Part shown: positions 1 to 9,106 of the stretch, in pieces
How positions within the stretch are numbered: the stretch's first letter is position 1
How the letters are laid out: the number at the start of each line of letters is the position of its first letter
Sequence record: PV435126.1
Source: Escherichia phage EPFV3-03/2025
Length of the DNA stretch: 64,000 bases
Reading direction: 5' to 3' (one strand)
Program-made: the position numbers and the translations under genes
Notes under the pieces: model-generated
The model's database searches: none
Told to the model about the DNA's origin: nothing
What the model saw: only the letters and a program-made list of their open reading frames with translations

Positions 1-373
1 TTGTCACGGTCCGGCGGCGAAAGGATTCGAAATCGATGGTAAACTAATTATTGTCAATGTTGACGGGGAAGAGGTTGCAGTATATCCGGTGGCAGACGTT
101 AAAAGCCGTCTACAATGCCGCATGGATGTTACCGCCTATCAGCTTGATCCGGTCCGCATAGTTGCCCTGGTCCTGGAAGAAGAAATTAAAGCAATGCACC
201 ACAGCAACAAGTTTATTGGTGACGCTCAAGATAATATGAAGGTATGCCGCCATAAAGTTAATGAAGTGCTTAAAGAATATGGCTTTAAAGATCTGATGAT
301 CAAACGTGAGGAAAAATTCCGCTACCGTAACGACCTGGCAAATCGGATTTTTGAAATATACGAATCATTATAA
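1..373 (+). CDS. hypothetical protein, 5' partial (frame open to window start)
   Basis: ORF 89..373 has no in-frame stop upstream to position 2; followed by a hairpin plus T-run terminator. Confidence 0.5.
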   Translation, partial: CHGPAAKGFEIDGKLIIVNVDGEEVAVYPVADVKSRLQCRMDVTAYQLDPVRIVALVLEEEIKAMHHSNKFIGDAQDNMKVCRHKVNEVLKEYGFKDLMIKREEKFRYRNDLANRIFEIYESL

Positions 374-391
374 TTTTTTAACTGAATTATC

Positions 392-416
392 AAGGGGCTT
401 AGGCCCCTTTCTTTTT
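392..416 (+). terminator. rho-independent terminator
   Basis: aaggggc/gcccctt stem with ttag loop followed by T-run, directly after the stop at 373. Confidence 0.6.
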
Positions 417-1167
417 GTCTGCTCTTCCCCATACCATAAACGGCCCTACCTGACAAGTGGAATAATTGACGAGCCATCAATCCCGCACACTGTACAAATA
501 TACATGTAAAATAGCTATTGCATAACCTTTCATTGTGTGGTAGCGGTGCTATTTTTACCCGTTTTCTCTCCCAAAATTGCACGTAATGCAGCTATTGCAC
601 AAAATTTAACCTGATGCACATCTTCAGTATACTGTCAACAATTAAAAATCTTTATAAGTCATACACTTACACAAACCAAAAAGCGTGTCCTACGTGAAAA
701 ATCGGGTGTAACTATAGCCGACAGATCTCAGAATCCACGTACAATCACCATTCTATAGCCTGCAAAGTATTTATTCCAACCACAGAATAACGGAATAGTC
801 AATACTTGTATAAAATAATTATTCGTGTAAACTGCATAACATAAATCTTCTCATGTGTCAACATTTTTCGTAAACAGTCCGAAATTGTCACGATAGGTTA
901 CTATAATCAGAGAAATCTTTAGTCGTCTAATGTTTACTGTACATAACTATACTGACTGGAATCATTAGATGACTAAGAGAAAGATAAGAAATAATTAACA
1001 ATGTAATTGTTTTATCTGCAACAATAAGGCAACTATGCAAACGAATGGCATGGCGCGACGGAGTCGCGACATAATATAAAAGCAGTAACCATCACCCCCG
1101 TGATAGTTTGTCTGCAATCTATTAATCAGATCATAGTTGCCTTGTATTTAGTTAATCATGACATAAC

Positions 1168-1207
1168 AAGCAGGGCAACTATAGATCTTCTAATAGTTGC
1201 CCTGCTT
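1168..1207. repeat. perfect 15-bp inverted repeat with 10-nt spacer
   Basis: aagcagggcaactat / atagttgccctgctt arms around agatcttcta; the GCAACTAT core recurs nearby in both orientations. Confidence 0.8.
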
Positions 1208-2938
1208 TTATATTATGTCATATATTATTAACTTGTCAATTGTCACCTTGCTAATTGTTTTCATGCAAACGAATGTCATGGCTTATCATCTCTGTGTAAA
1301 CTGTCAATGTGTAAACAGTCTACGCAGGAACAATCTATACGTGAACAGTGAAACATGAAATAATAACAGTCGTTATTGTGTCGAAAGTGTCGTATTGTGT
1401 GACATTGTGTCAGACAAGTTTTTCTCCTCTTTGTCAAGTGCTGCATGGAAAATTTACAATCTGGTATGGTAGCATTTTTGCGGCCCCGTTTACATGCATG
1501 AGTGTATGTATAATCCTTGTTGTGTGGGCGTTTAGACGTCTGGACGGTCAGAAGTCCGCAGGTTAATATCTAATCTATTGGTCGCTAACTATATCCACCA
1601 CAAATAATAAGAAATACAATTGTTATATTCGTAAACAGTAACCCATGTTATCAATCCCTGTATGTATCGCCAGTGGTGCGCATAATGGGTATTATGTTAA
1701 ATTGCCCGTAATGATAACGATTCTCACAATGATAAGTATTCTCATTCATCCACACAAAATAGCTTGCAAATGTTGTGCCACTGTGTGAACGGCCTCGCCT
1801 ATTAATTTGCCTCACTGCCCCGATATTTGAGAATTGTTATAAGAATGAGAAGTATTCCCATTCCGTCCGCCTGGCAGCACTCCAGTCGCTACCGGCTCCT
1901 GACAGGGTAGCACTCCTGTAGGACAAGCACAAAATCTGGGCATAACTGGACCTGTTCAGATATTTCTGGCTGACTCTTCAGGTCTGTGTGGGAAAAGCCA
2001 ACCTCTCCGGCGGGGCAGGGGGGGTCTGCATGGCAGATTTCACCTGGAGCGAAACCCTTAAGGGTAAGATGGGGTGGTATTACAGGAAAAATTGCAGGTC
2101 AATTAAAAAATTTACGTGGTGTATGAAGCCCTCTTCAGGCAGGGCGTGTATTATGGGATGAAACCCTCTTCAGGTGATGATATTTGTGGGTGTGATATTT
2201 GCTGGAAAGCCAGATATGACGGGGCTCCCGGCGGGGATGGGGTAGTACAGGCAGGGAAAATGTGGGGATGTGGTGTGGTAAATTGATCAGGCAGGTAGGA
2301 TATGGAATATGTTACAAGTATGTTAAATATGGAGGTAGGATATTTGTAAGATTTGTGTGTAAAATCAAATACTTATGTGGTGTTGTGGTATTTTCTATAA
2401 ATAATTCAAGTTTAATAGGTGATATTTGTCTCCATCTACTTTGTGTGGTAAACAGATTCTAATTGAATTGGTTTACAAGTGTATATAAAGTATACAAATT
2501 AAAGATATAAGAAACCCCCCTCCCCCCTTCGGCTACCATTCACCTTTTCCTCTGACTGGTACTTAAACACTTATTCAGACTCTTCAGGTTATCACCCATA
2601 TATCATATGGCAGTGACTGGTGTCCTCCGGCCCCTCTTTCGTCACCCGTCCGCTTCGCCATGCTAATGCCATAGCTAACTGTTCGGTTGTTCACCCTGTT
2701 CACTCAGGTGTATCTCCATACCCCTTCAAACCGAAGAGAACAGAAAACCCGAATTACTCGGTAAAAGAAAAGAGAAGAACTTAATTTTATCAGGATAGGC
2801 AAGAATGTCAAGGCATGACTGCTCACTAAACAAGCAAACAGTCATGTGTGGGAGGTAAGTGATTGTGGTGGTAGGAAATTTAGTTGAAAGATGTGTTATA
2901 GGTGCTTCCAGCACTTTAGCCTGGCAGCTAATTGTGTG

Positions 2939-3154
2939 TCAGTCCAGCGGTTCATCCTCTACTTCACTGAAATCAATGTTCATGGTCTCTTCCCAACCAT
3001 CGATCTCAGCACAAGAGTGGAGTTCTTTAGGGTTTACTCCCAAAGCCTCAGCAACAGAGTCTATATTTAACACCTCTGGCAGGTATGATTCATCGAATTC
3101 AAGGTAAATCAGGCCACGAGTGTTGTCAGCTCCACCAAATATTTCTATCTTCAT
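2939..3154 (-). CDS. hypothetical small acidic protein
   Basis: 71-aa ORF starting MKIEI; last gene of the minus-strand block. Confidence 0.45.
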   Translation of the reverse strand: MKIEIFGGADNTRGLIYLEFDESYLPEVLNIDSVAEALGVNPKELHSCAEIDGWEETMNIDFSEVEDEPLD

Positions 3155-3274
3155 AAAATCTCCTCTGGGAATGAGAGTGTGAACAGGATTATACGTTCCA
3201 ATGCACTGGAATTTATATACGTTTGCCTCTTCAGGCCATGCTTTAGCATGATAAACTTGTGTGGGCTCGGTGCT

Positions 3275-3610
3275 TCATAGTCTGCCACCTCTGAACTCTT
3301 CGTTCTCAGGCATGATAGAGAACCAGATGGCTATGATGTCCTCCCACGTCAGGTCATCAGCCTCAGGGTCCACCTGGGACGGAGATAGAGAATCCTCAGA
3401 ATTGAAGTTTTTCTCTGCGGTCGCTTCTTCAGATGTCTCTTTAGGTGCATGTGTGTTGGTCATGTTCCACCCGTGAGTATTCCGGCAACAGCCGCTATGG
3501 ACGTAATGATCATCAGGATCACCACCAAAACCTCGGACAATGTTTTCATTGCGTATTCCATATTCTTCAAACGATGTGAGGATACTATCACAGGAGCTGT
3601 AATGTGTCAA
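3275..3610 (-). CDS. hypothetical protein
   Basis: 111-aa ORF; start uncertain (a promoter-like motif overlaps the first codons). Confidence 0.4.
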   Translation of the reverse strand: MTHYSSCDSILTSFEEYGIRNENIVRGFGGDPDDHYVHSGCCRNTHGWNMTNTHAPKETSEEATAEKNFNSEDSLSPSQVDPEADDLTWEDIIAIWFSIMPENEEFRGGRL

Positions 3611-3771
3611 CAGAAACGCCGCGAGGGTTGGTTAAAATCCGAGCGTATGGTGATTTGGGTCAAAACGGACGTGCGTTCTCGCTACGCTCGAAATAGAGAG
3701 TTGTTTGTAAGCAGCTCTTAAACGCTCTGTAATGATATTAACTACCTAAGGTATGGAATCGTGCACCAGAT

Positions 3772-3797
3772 AAAGAAAAGGACGCCACAGAGCGTCC
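3772..3797 (-). terminator. rho-independent terminator (minus strand)
   Basis: ggacgc/gcgtcc hairpin with T-run on the minus strand, just downstream of the gene ending at 3823. Confidence 0.5.
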
Positions 3798-3822
3798 TAG
3801 GTGCCTTAAATTTGATATTTTG

Positions 3823-4134
3823 CTATACCCATGAGGGCTTGTCTAGGTTGGAGTAGCTGAAGGGGGTCAAAAGGTGACTGTCAAAATCTTTCAAACTGTC
3901 CAAGTCTTTTTCCTCGTCCTGACACCATCTGTGCCTGCATTTATTGTTGTAGTGCATGGAATGCATAGCGTTCTGCAACTTAACAGGTACAAGTGATTCA
4001 GGAGTAGATAGAATTGTTGGGTATGCCAGGACTATCTCAAACAATGGAAACACATCGAAACTGAAGTCTATTTCTGCTGAGGTTGCTGGCATATAGGAGT
4101 ATTTAGCTGTCGTTGTAGACATAATCCACCTCAC
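3823..4134 (-). CDS. hypothetical protein
   Basis: 103-aa ORF, abuts the next gene. Confidence 0.5.
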   Translation of the reverse strand: MRWIMSTTTAKYSYMPATSAEIDFSFDVFPLFEIVLAYPTILSTPESLVPVKLQNAMHSMHYNNKCRHRWCQDEEKDLDSLKDFDSHLLTPFSYSNLDKPSWV

Positions 4135-4457
4135 ACAGGCTTGATAATACCTTCACCGAATAACTCTTCATATTTAATCTTATCAGGATCCCACTCCTGG
4201 ATAATTTCGAAGACAATATCCAGCCCAGGGATAATCACTTCTCCGGTATCAAGTCTGGCAAGAACAAAACCGGAAGGTTGAATGGTTTCCCAGTTGCGAC
4301 GATTAGAATAGATAACTTCGAAAATATCGCCAACCGCAATCTGTTGATCAAGGTGTTCAAGATTCTCTTTCATATAAACGCAGCGTATTTTCCGTGCAGG
4401 CCACAGGCCCCCTGCATCACGTTTATTTAGCTCTTTTACAGTAATCGGCATTAGCAT
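4131..4457 (-). CDS. hypothetical protein
   Basis: 108-aa ORF. Confidence 0.55.
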   Translation of the reverse strand: MLMPITVKELNKRDAGGLWPARKIRCVYMKENLEHLDQQIAVGDIFEVIYSNRRNWETIQPSGFVLARLDTGEVIIPGLDIVFEIIQEWDPDKIKYEELFGEGIIKPV

Positions 4458-4480
4458 TTCTGATCTTCTCCATAGATAGT

Positions 4481-4503
4481 AAAAAGAGGGGCCAAGACCC
4501 CTC
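4481..4503 (-). terminator. rho-independent terminator (minus strand)
   Basis: gagggg/cccctc hairpin with T5 run on the minus strand, downstream of the gene ending at 4511. Confidence 0.6.
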
Positions 4504-4510
4504 TTCGTTG

Positions 4511-4816
4511 TTATTCTGCAGAGCGTTTGAACAGAATGTCTGCTTCAGACATGTGCTCAACCTCTTCTTCGATTTTAGCTCGACGTTTTTCAGCTTCGTA
4601 GCGGATATCGAATTCGGTAGCCACCAATGACTTGATAAACTTAGGAGAATACAGGTGATCCTGTTTCTCGACAAGAATAATATCCTTGATAGCGTCTTTC
4701 AGATCTTTAATCTGAAGCTGAAGTTCCACCAGCTCTTCAATTGTTTTACGGAGGCGATCACGCTCTGCAGTGTCAGAAGGCAGAGAGGTGAACAGTTCAA
4801 CTTTAGATTTAGCCAT
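4511..4816 (-). CDS. hypothetical coiled-coil protein
   Basis: 101-aa ORF rich in E/K/L heptad-like sequence. Confidence 0.55.
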   Translation of the reverse strand: MAKSKVELFTSLPSDTAERDRLRKTIEELVELQLQIKDLKDAIKDIILVEKQDHLYSPKFIKSLVATEFDIRYEAEKRRAKIEEEVEHMSEADILFKRSAE

Positions 4817-4844
4817 AGTAAGAGTCTCCTTATATTGTTTTAAA

Positions 4845-5096
4845 TTAACGTTCTACAAAAATACCATTCAGTTCGATAACCAGGAATTTCTGATCTTCAC
4901 TATCGTCACGTGCTAGCACCTCACAGACGTAACGGTCATCTCCGTCATCATCACAGTCAAATACAAGGCTGAGGACTTTATCATGATAAATCTTCGACAC
5001 TACTGCCTCGTAAGTATTGCCGATTGTGAATCCAAGATAATCCCCGATGCATTTGACAACAACATGGTCGCCAGCATTTAAGTCAATCTTCGTCAT
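4845..5096 (-). CDS. hypothetical small acidic protein
   Basis: ORF 4845..5162 trimmed to the internal start MTKIDL, which has an aaggag RBS. Confidence 0.55.
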   Translation of the reverse strand: MTKIDLNAGDHVVVKCIGDYLGFTIGNTYEAVVSKIYHDKVLSLVFDCDDDGDDRYVCEVLARDDSEDQKFLVIELNGIFVER

Positions 5097-5251
5097 TACT
5101 GTGCTCCTTGGGTGATAATATGGTATGTAAAACTTTAACCAGAGATGTGAATAACGCCCCAAAACACACAGATAGCGCTAAAACGGATAAGGCCATCATT
5201 AAAGCTTCAGTAAAATCAGTCATTCCTCACCTCTTGTTAGTAACTATACTA

Positions 5252-5515
5252 TCATTTATCTTCGCCGTCAAGAACTTTTTTAAATATCTCAGGAATATCT
5301 CCTGTTCTTAGATAGCTCATGACCTCCCAAGGTTTCCACTTGAACTTCTTGCACAGTAAGGCAGCCGAGATCGTCTCGTTGCGAAAAGAAAGGATATTAA
5401 TATCCCACTCTGAGAACCCCAATTTCCGAAGAGTGGCTATAGAAATCCTCACAGCAACCCAACAAGAGAGGCACGCAACAAACGCCACTGCCACAACCCA
5501 CATCAGGATGTTCAT
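5252..5515 (-). CDS. hypothetical membrane protein
   Basis: 87-aa ORF with N-terminal hydrophobic segment WVVAVAFVACLSCWVAV. Confidence 0.45.
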   Translation of the reverse strand: MNILMWVVAVAFVACLSCWVAVRISIATLRKLGFSEWDINILSFRNETISAALLCKKFKWKPWEVMSYLRTGDIPEIFKKVLDGEDK

Positions 5516-5604
5516 ACAGCCCCCTTAATGAAATACAAGGCATAGTGTTAAGGTTGCTACCCAGCAAATAATTAACAGTGCCGTTGCAACCTTGGCAAGA
5601 TTTA

Positions 5605-5892
5605 TCATAGTGTCTCTAAAATTTCATACCCTTCGGGTCGGAAAACAAGCCACTCAGGTGCTCCATTTGGTCGATACGCTTTATACAGAACAACCTGATC
5701 TCGGCACATGCACATGGCTACATAGTTTTCATCAACACCTGCCTCCTGCATTGCATCTTCTTCTCCGGCAACAGCCTTGCTTACAACTTCCTTGGTAGGC
5801 AGGTGGGCGATCAGCTCGTCACCATCGTTAATTCCAAAATGACTGAGTTCTCCATTGGTATCTTTAATCTTGATCTTAACCAAATCTTTCAT
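5605..5892 (-). CDS. hypothetical small acidic protein
   Basis: 95-aa ORF starting MKDLVKIKIK; in tandem array. Confidence 0.55.
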   Translation of the reverse strand: MKDLVKIKIKDTNGELSHFGINDGDELIAHLPTKEVVSKAVAGEEDAMQEAGVDENYVAMCMCRDQVVLYKAYRPNGAPEWLVFRPEGYEILETL

Positions 5893-6221
5893 TAGTCTTC
5901 CTCCAGGTTCAAAGGTCCTAAGATTTCATATGCTAGATTAGAAGTTACCAGAGGGTCTTCTGCATCTTTAGTATTATACCATCCGTGAATAACCAGAGTC
6001 CCACTTTGCTTCATGTCTAACTGGAACTGTTCTGCCGTTTCCTCATCCATCTCCAAGATCTCCATGAGGTATTTGATGTTAGGAAGGTATGCAGCTGTTA
6101 CAGTCCCCTCTACCAGGCCTTCAGGCCAACCTACATCCGGATGACAAGTAGGGACCAGAGAGGTCAGCTTGATAGTGTATGCTTTTTCTGCACGAGCCTT
6201 CAGTAACGGATCAATTTTCAT
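5892..6221 (-). CDS. hypothetical small acidic protein
   Basis: 109-aa ORF; start overlaps previous stop. Confidence 0.55.
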   Translation of the reverse strand: MKIDPLLKARAEKAYTIKLTSLVPTCHPDVGWPEGLVEGTVTAAYLPNIKYLMEILEMDEETAEQFQLDMKQSGTLVIHGWYNTKDAEDPLVTSNLAYEILGPLNLEED

Positions 6222-6571
6222 TATTCTTCCTCCTCTTCGGTGCCTGCTTCCAGTAGTAAGTTAAGAACATCTTCAGCAGAAGGTTCGTAGAACTCTTGGC
6301 CTTCGTTGTCGATGATGCGATAGTCATCACCCCGAATAATCAGAGGATCGTCATCAAAACCTTCAAGACCTTTAACAACGACAACACGGTCGATTGCCAT
6401 CATTGTAAGAACTTTATCGACATCTTCCTCTGCTACACCATACTGCAGCAGAATGTCTTTGGTAGGAGGGACAGCATCCACCACAACACCGTTACCAAAA
6501 CCTTCCGGAAGTTTAGCTAAAATATCTTCCGGAACCACATTCATATCAAAACCTGTGATCTCTACTTTCAT
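6221..6571 (-). CDS. hypothetical small acidic protein (MK-V/I-E/K family)
   Basis: 116-aa ORF starting MKVEITG with poly-E C-terminus. Confidence 0.55.
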   Translation of the reverse strand: MKVEITGFDMNVVPEDILAKLPEGFGNGVVVDAVPPTKDILLQYGVAEEDVDKVLTMMAIDRVVVVKGLEGFDDDPLIIRGDDYRIIDNEGQEFYEPSAEDVLNLLLEAGTEEEEE

Positions 6572-6832
6572 TTACAGAACCTCTTCGTCAACTACTTCAT
6601 AAAAATGGCTTGGGATTGCAATGGCGTTCTCGCCTTCACCTAAGAACACTGTCCCACTAACGATTAACATTAGAAGAACGTCTGCGATACCTTCCTCGGG
6701 GACGTTGCCAAAACCTTTAATCAGCTCGTAGGTTGGAAGATTTACCTCTAAGATGTCACCATCTTTGGAGCGGAAATCAACACCATCCTGAATCTCTGCC
6801 GTTTCAAGGTTTTTCAATTTAATCTTCATCAA
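6572..6832 (-). CDS. hypothetical small acidic protein (MK-V/I-K family)
   Basis: 86-aa ORF starting MMKIKL, ending YEVVDEEVL; TTGACA-N17-AATAAT promoter-like motif upstream on the minus strand. Confidence 0.55.
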   Translation of the reverse strand: MMKIKLKNLETAEIQDGVDFRSKDGDILEVNLPTYELIKGFGNVPEEGIADVLLMLIVSGTVFLGEGENAIAIPSHFYEVVDEEVL

Positions 6833-6908
6833 TCAGTCTCCTGTCTTGTTAAGATGAAGGTATTATTGCACACAGGGTTGGTGTTGTCAACACCTGTGTG
6901 GAATAAAA

Positions 6909-7304
6909 TTACTGAAACAGTGCAGATAAATTACCTTCTGGTGGGAACTTATCTGCCAAGAACGGAGTCAGAACAGTGGCCTTCTGAAGATCTGGAGTCC
7001 ACTCGTTGTTCAGAACATCCCAGTAGTACGCAATGTTGCTGTGTGGGTGCCGCATTACGAACTTTTTCCCTTCGTAGTCAGTTGAAACCTCTACAGAAGA
7101 AATAACAACAGAATCTTCAAGAGTTTCTTCATAGAAAGATCCACCCTCGAATTTCCAACGAGATGCAAGAGCTCCTGCCTTAAACGCTGCAGATAACGGA
7201 CTGTCGGCAAGAACATACATTTCTTGCACTCTGTCGCTACGATCTTTGCTTCTTACGTTGTATACAGTATCTGAGCTATACTCAACACGGTATAGACTTA
7301 CCAT
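6909..7304 (-). CDS. hypothetical protein, paralog of 9107..9505
   Basis: 131 aa; shares HPxS..YW..WTP motif with the ORF at 9107..9505. Confidence 0.6.
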   Translation of the reverse strand: MVSLYRVEYSSDTVYNVRSKDRSDRVQEMYVLADSPLSAAFKAGALASRWKFEGGSFYEETLEDSVVISSVEVSTDYEGKKFVMRHPHSNIAYYWDVLNNEWTPDLQKATVLTPFLADKFPPEGNLSALFQ

Positions 7305-7636
7305 TACCGCACCTCCTCAATAACTTCCACATCTGAACCTACCACAAATGCAAAAGGGCAGGTTTCATGAAAGACATCCGGATCGCCGCCAAGCTTGCTA
7401 ACTATTTCTCCACCACTAATAAACACAAGCTCACCGATATTCATCAGATTGCTGAAATAGTATCCATAATGATTAAAGAATGCAGCAGGGTCAGGCAGAC
7501 TAGTAGCCTCAAGCTCTACATCGGTTGAGATTACTTTCTTATCATACCCTCTGGCCTTTTGAGATGCAAGATCTGCAGAATCCTCAGGCGACCGGAGATG
7601 CACAGGAATTGTTTCACCAATAAAGCGTACTTTCAT
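7304..7636 (-). CDS. hypothetical small acidic protein
   Basis: ORF 7304..7663 trimmed to internal start MKVRFIG to avoid overlap; ends VEVIEEVR. Confidence 0.5.
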   Translation of the reverse strand: MKVRFIGETIPVHLRSPEDSADLASQKARGYDKKVISTDVELEATSLPDPAAFFNHYGYYFSNLMNIGELVFISGGEIVSKLGGDPDVFHETCPFAFVVGSDVEVIEEVR

Positions 7637-7640
7637 ATTC

Positions 7641-7904
7641 TCACCCAACAACCATAGCTTCAAAAGGGGTCATAAACGAATAAACAGCATTATCATCTGC
7701 TTCAGGAAATGCCCCCAAAGACTTCATGTCTGAGCCCTTGACAAATACAAGGTTCTGATCAAAAGCTTCTTGTGGATCAATCCGATACATATTTCGTAGG
7801 GTATCACTTACCTCATCATCAAGAGGCGAGTATGCTGTGCACGTTTTTCCAATCAAGCTTTGAGAATCAGGGTATCCACCTGAAGTTTTAAAATAAACAA
7901 TCAT
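7641..7904 (-). CDS. hypothetical small acidic protein
   Basis: 87-aa ORF. Confidence 0.5.
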   Translation of the reverse strand: MIVYFKTSGGYPDSQSLIGKTCTAYSPLDDEVSDTLRNMYRIDPQEAFDQNLVFVKGSDMKSLGAFPEADDNAVYSFMTPFEAMVVG

Positions 7905-7992
7905 ACAGTATCACCTCTGGTAAGAGATGGGGATTCCTTTCCCACAAATAATTACAAACCTTTCTTGTCGAGGAAGTATGGCTAACCCAAGA

Positions 7993-8262
7993 TTACTCCT
8001 CTACAACCTCATACACATCCGGAGTTACAATCAACTCTTCTCCGTTGCCTGGAGCAACAAACACTACCAAACCTTCCGGTGTGTGCTTTTTAGCCATCTC
8101 GATGACATCTTCTCGCAGAGCTGGCTCCATCAAATCAAAACCTTCACCCAGAGCATCACGAACCACCTTCATGTAGTCCACTGGTTGTGCTTCAACGATC
8201 ATGCCTTCAACCAGTCCGCAGTTTTTGTCTGCCAGCTCAGTTTTGAATAATTTAATTTTCAT
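7993..8262 (-). CDS. hypothetical small acidic protein (MK-V/I-K family)
   Basis: 89 aa starting MKIKLF; GMIVEA motif shared with 13415..13648; ends YEVVEE. Confidence 0.55.
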   Translation of the reverse strand: MKIKLFKTELADKNCGLVEGMIVEAQPVDYMKVVRDALGEGFDLMEPALREDVIEMAKKHTPEGLVVFVAPGNGEELIVTPDVYEVVEE

Positions 8263-8399
8263 TTAGAGGTCTCCTCAATTATTTGATATTAATAGCCGTA
8301 ACCTAACACATTAACTACAACTGCGATTGCAAACATAATTTCAAAGCATGCAATCTCTACATTTGGGACTAATTTCTTAATCATACCCATTGTAGCACC

Positions 8400-8717
8400 T
8401 CAATCCCAAAAGTCAATCTTTACTTTACCTTTTCCCTTACCTTTCTTTCCACCGCATTTAGCCAACTGGCGTGCTGCAACATCCACCATACGGTCAGTTG
8501 CCTCGTAAGCATCGCTACCTTTAGCTTTGGCGATAACTTCTTTCCCAGAATTGTCAAAAATAAAAGCCATAACTTCCTGGTGATCATTTTCAACTTTTAC
8601 ACTCACACGTGCATAGTTGGCAGATGGGTGCAAACGCTCCAGTTTGGACATTTTGTGGGAAATGAAAGACACCATACCTTCAGTGATCTCTACGTTGCCA
8701 GTGATTTCAATCTGCAT
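8400..8717 (-). CDS. ribosome hibernation promoting factor / RaiA-like protein
   Basis: MQIEITGNVEITEGM...KLERL...VKVE...RQLAK resembles the HPF/YfiA family N-terminus MQLNITGxNVEITxA..KLE and C-terminal RQL(N/T)K, as recalled from the E. coli proteins; TTGACA-N17-TATCAT promoter upstream. Confidence 0.7.
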   Translation of the reverse strand: MQIEITGNVEITEGMVSFISHKMSKLERLHPSANYARVSVKVENDHQEVMAFIFDNSGKEVIAKAKGSDAYEATDRMVDVAARQLAKCGGKKGKGKGKVKIDFWD

Positions 8718-8798
8718 AACGTGCTCCTTTTAAAGAAGAGGGAACCAAACCCTCTTTGAAAATAATGATACTAAAGATCAAATGTTGTGTCAACAGTT

Positions 8799-9089
8799 TT
8801 ACAGCTTGTCGTCGATAGTTTTTAAAATATCTACTGCAAGATCTGCCATTTTACGAACATACTCTGCAAACTCAACAGGATCCTTGATCAATGAGTTCAC
8901 AGGGTCGTACCCTAGAGCGTTCAAAATGGCTGCAGCATCTACAACCTTCTCATCATTTGCGAAGATCTCTCCGTCAAACTTGTAGGTCCATTTTGAGTCA
9001 ATCTTGGCAGGGAAGGATTGGTCAACGCTTGTTACACCATCCTTTTTAAACGCTCCGGGGTTATCAGTGTCCAGAACTAAATCCATCAT
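8799..9089 (-). CDS. hypothetical protein
   Basis: 96-aa ORF. Confidence 0.5.
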   Translation of the reverse strand: MMDLVLDTDNPGAFKKDGVTSVDQSFPAKIDSKWTYKFDGEIFANDEKVVDAAAILNALGYDPVNSLIKDPVEFAEYVRKMADLAVDILKTIDDKL

Positions 9090-9106
9090 GTTAGTACCTC
9101 ACTGTT

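Noticed and set aside
1348-2462. Short plus-strand ORFs 1348..1566 and 2262..2462 in the ORF-poor region
   Set aside because: Cysteine/valine-rich, low-complexity translations from repeat or G-rich DNA without RBS; more likely non-coding, though not excluded.
4423-4674. ORF 4423..4674 on the minus strand
   Set aside because: Overlaps the better-supported coiled-coil gene 4511..4816 in another frame and spans a terminator hairpin.
6296-6520. Plus-strand ORFs embedded antisense in minus-strand genes (for example 6296..6520, 9227..9544, 13062..13383, 15955..16269, 23321..23986, 26560..26978)
   Set aside because: They lie entirely within better-supported genes on the opposite strand, lack RBS context, and have low-complexity or unusual composition; treated as antisense artefacts.
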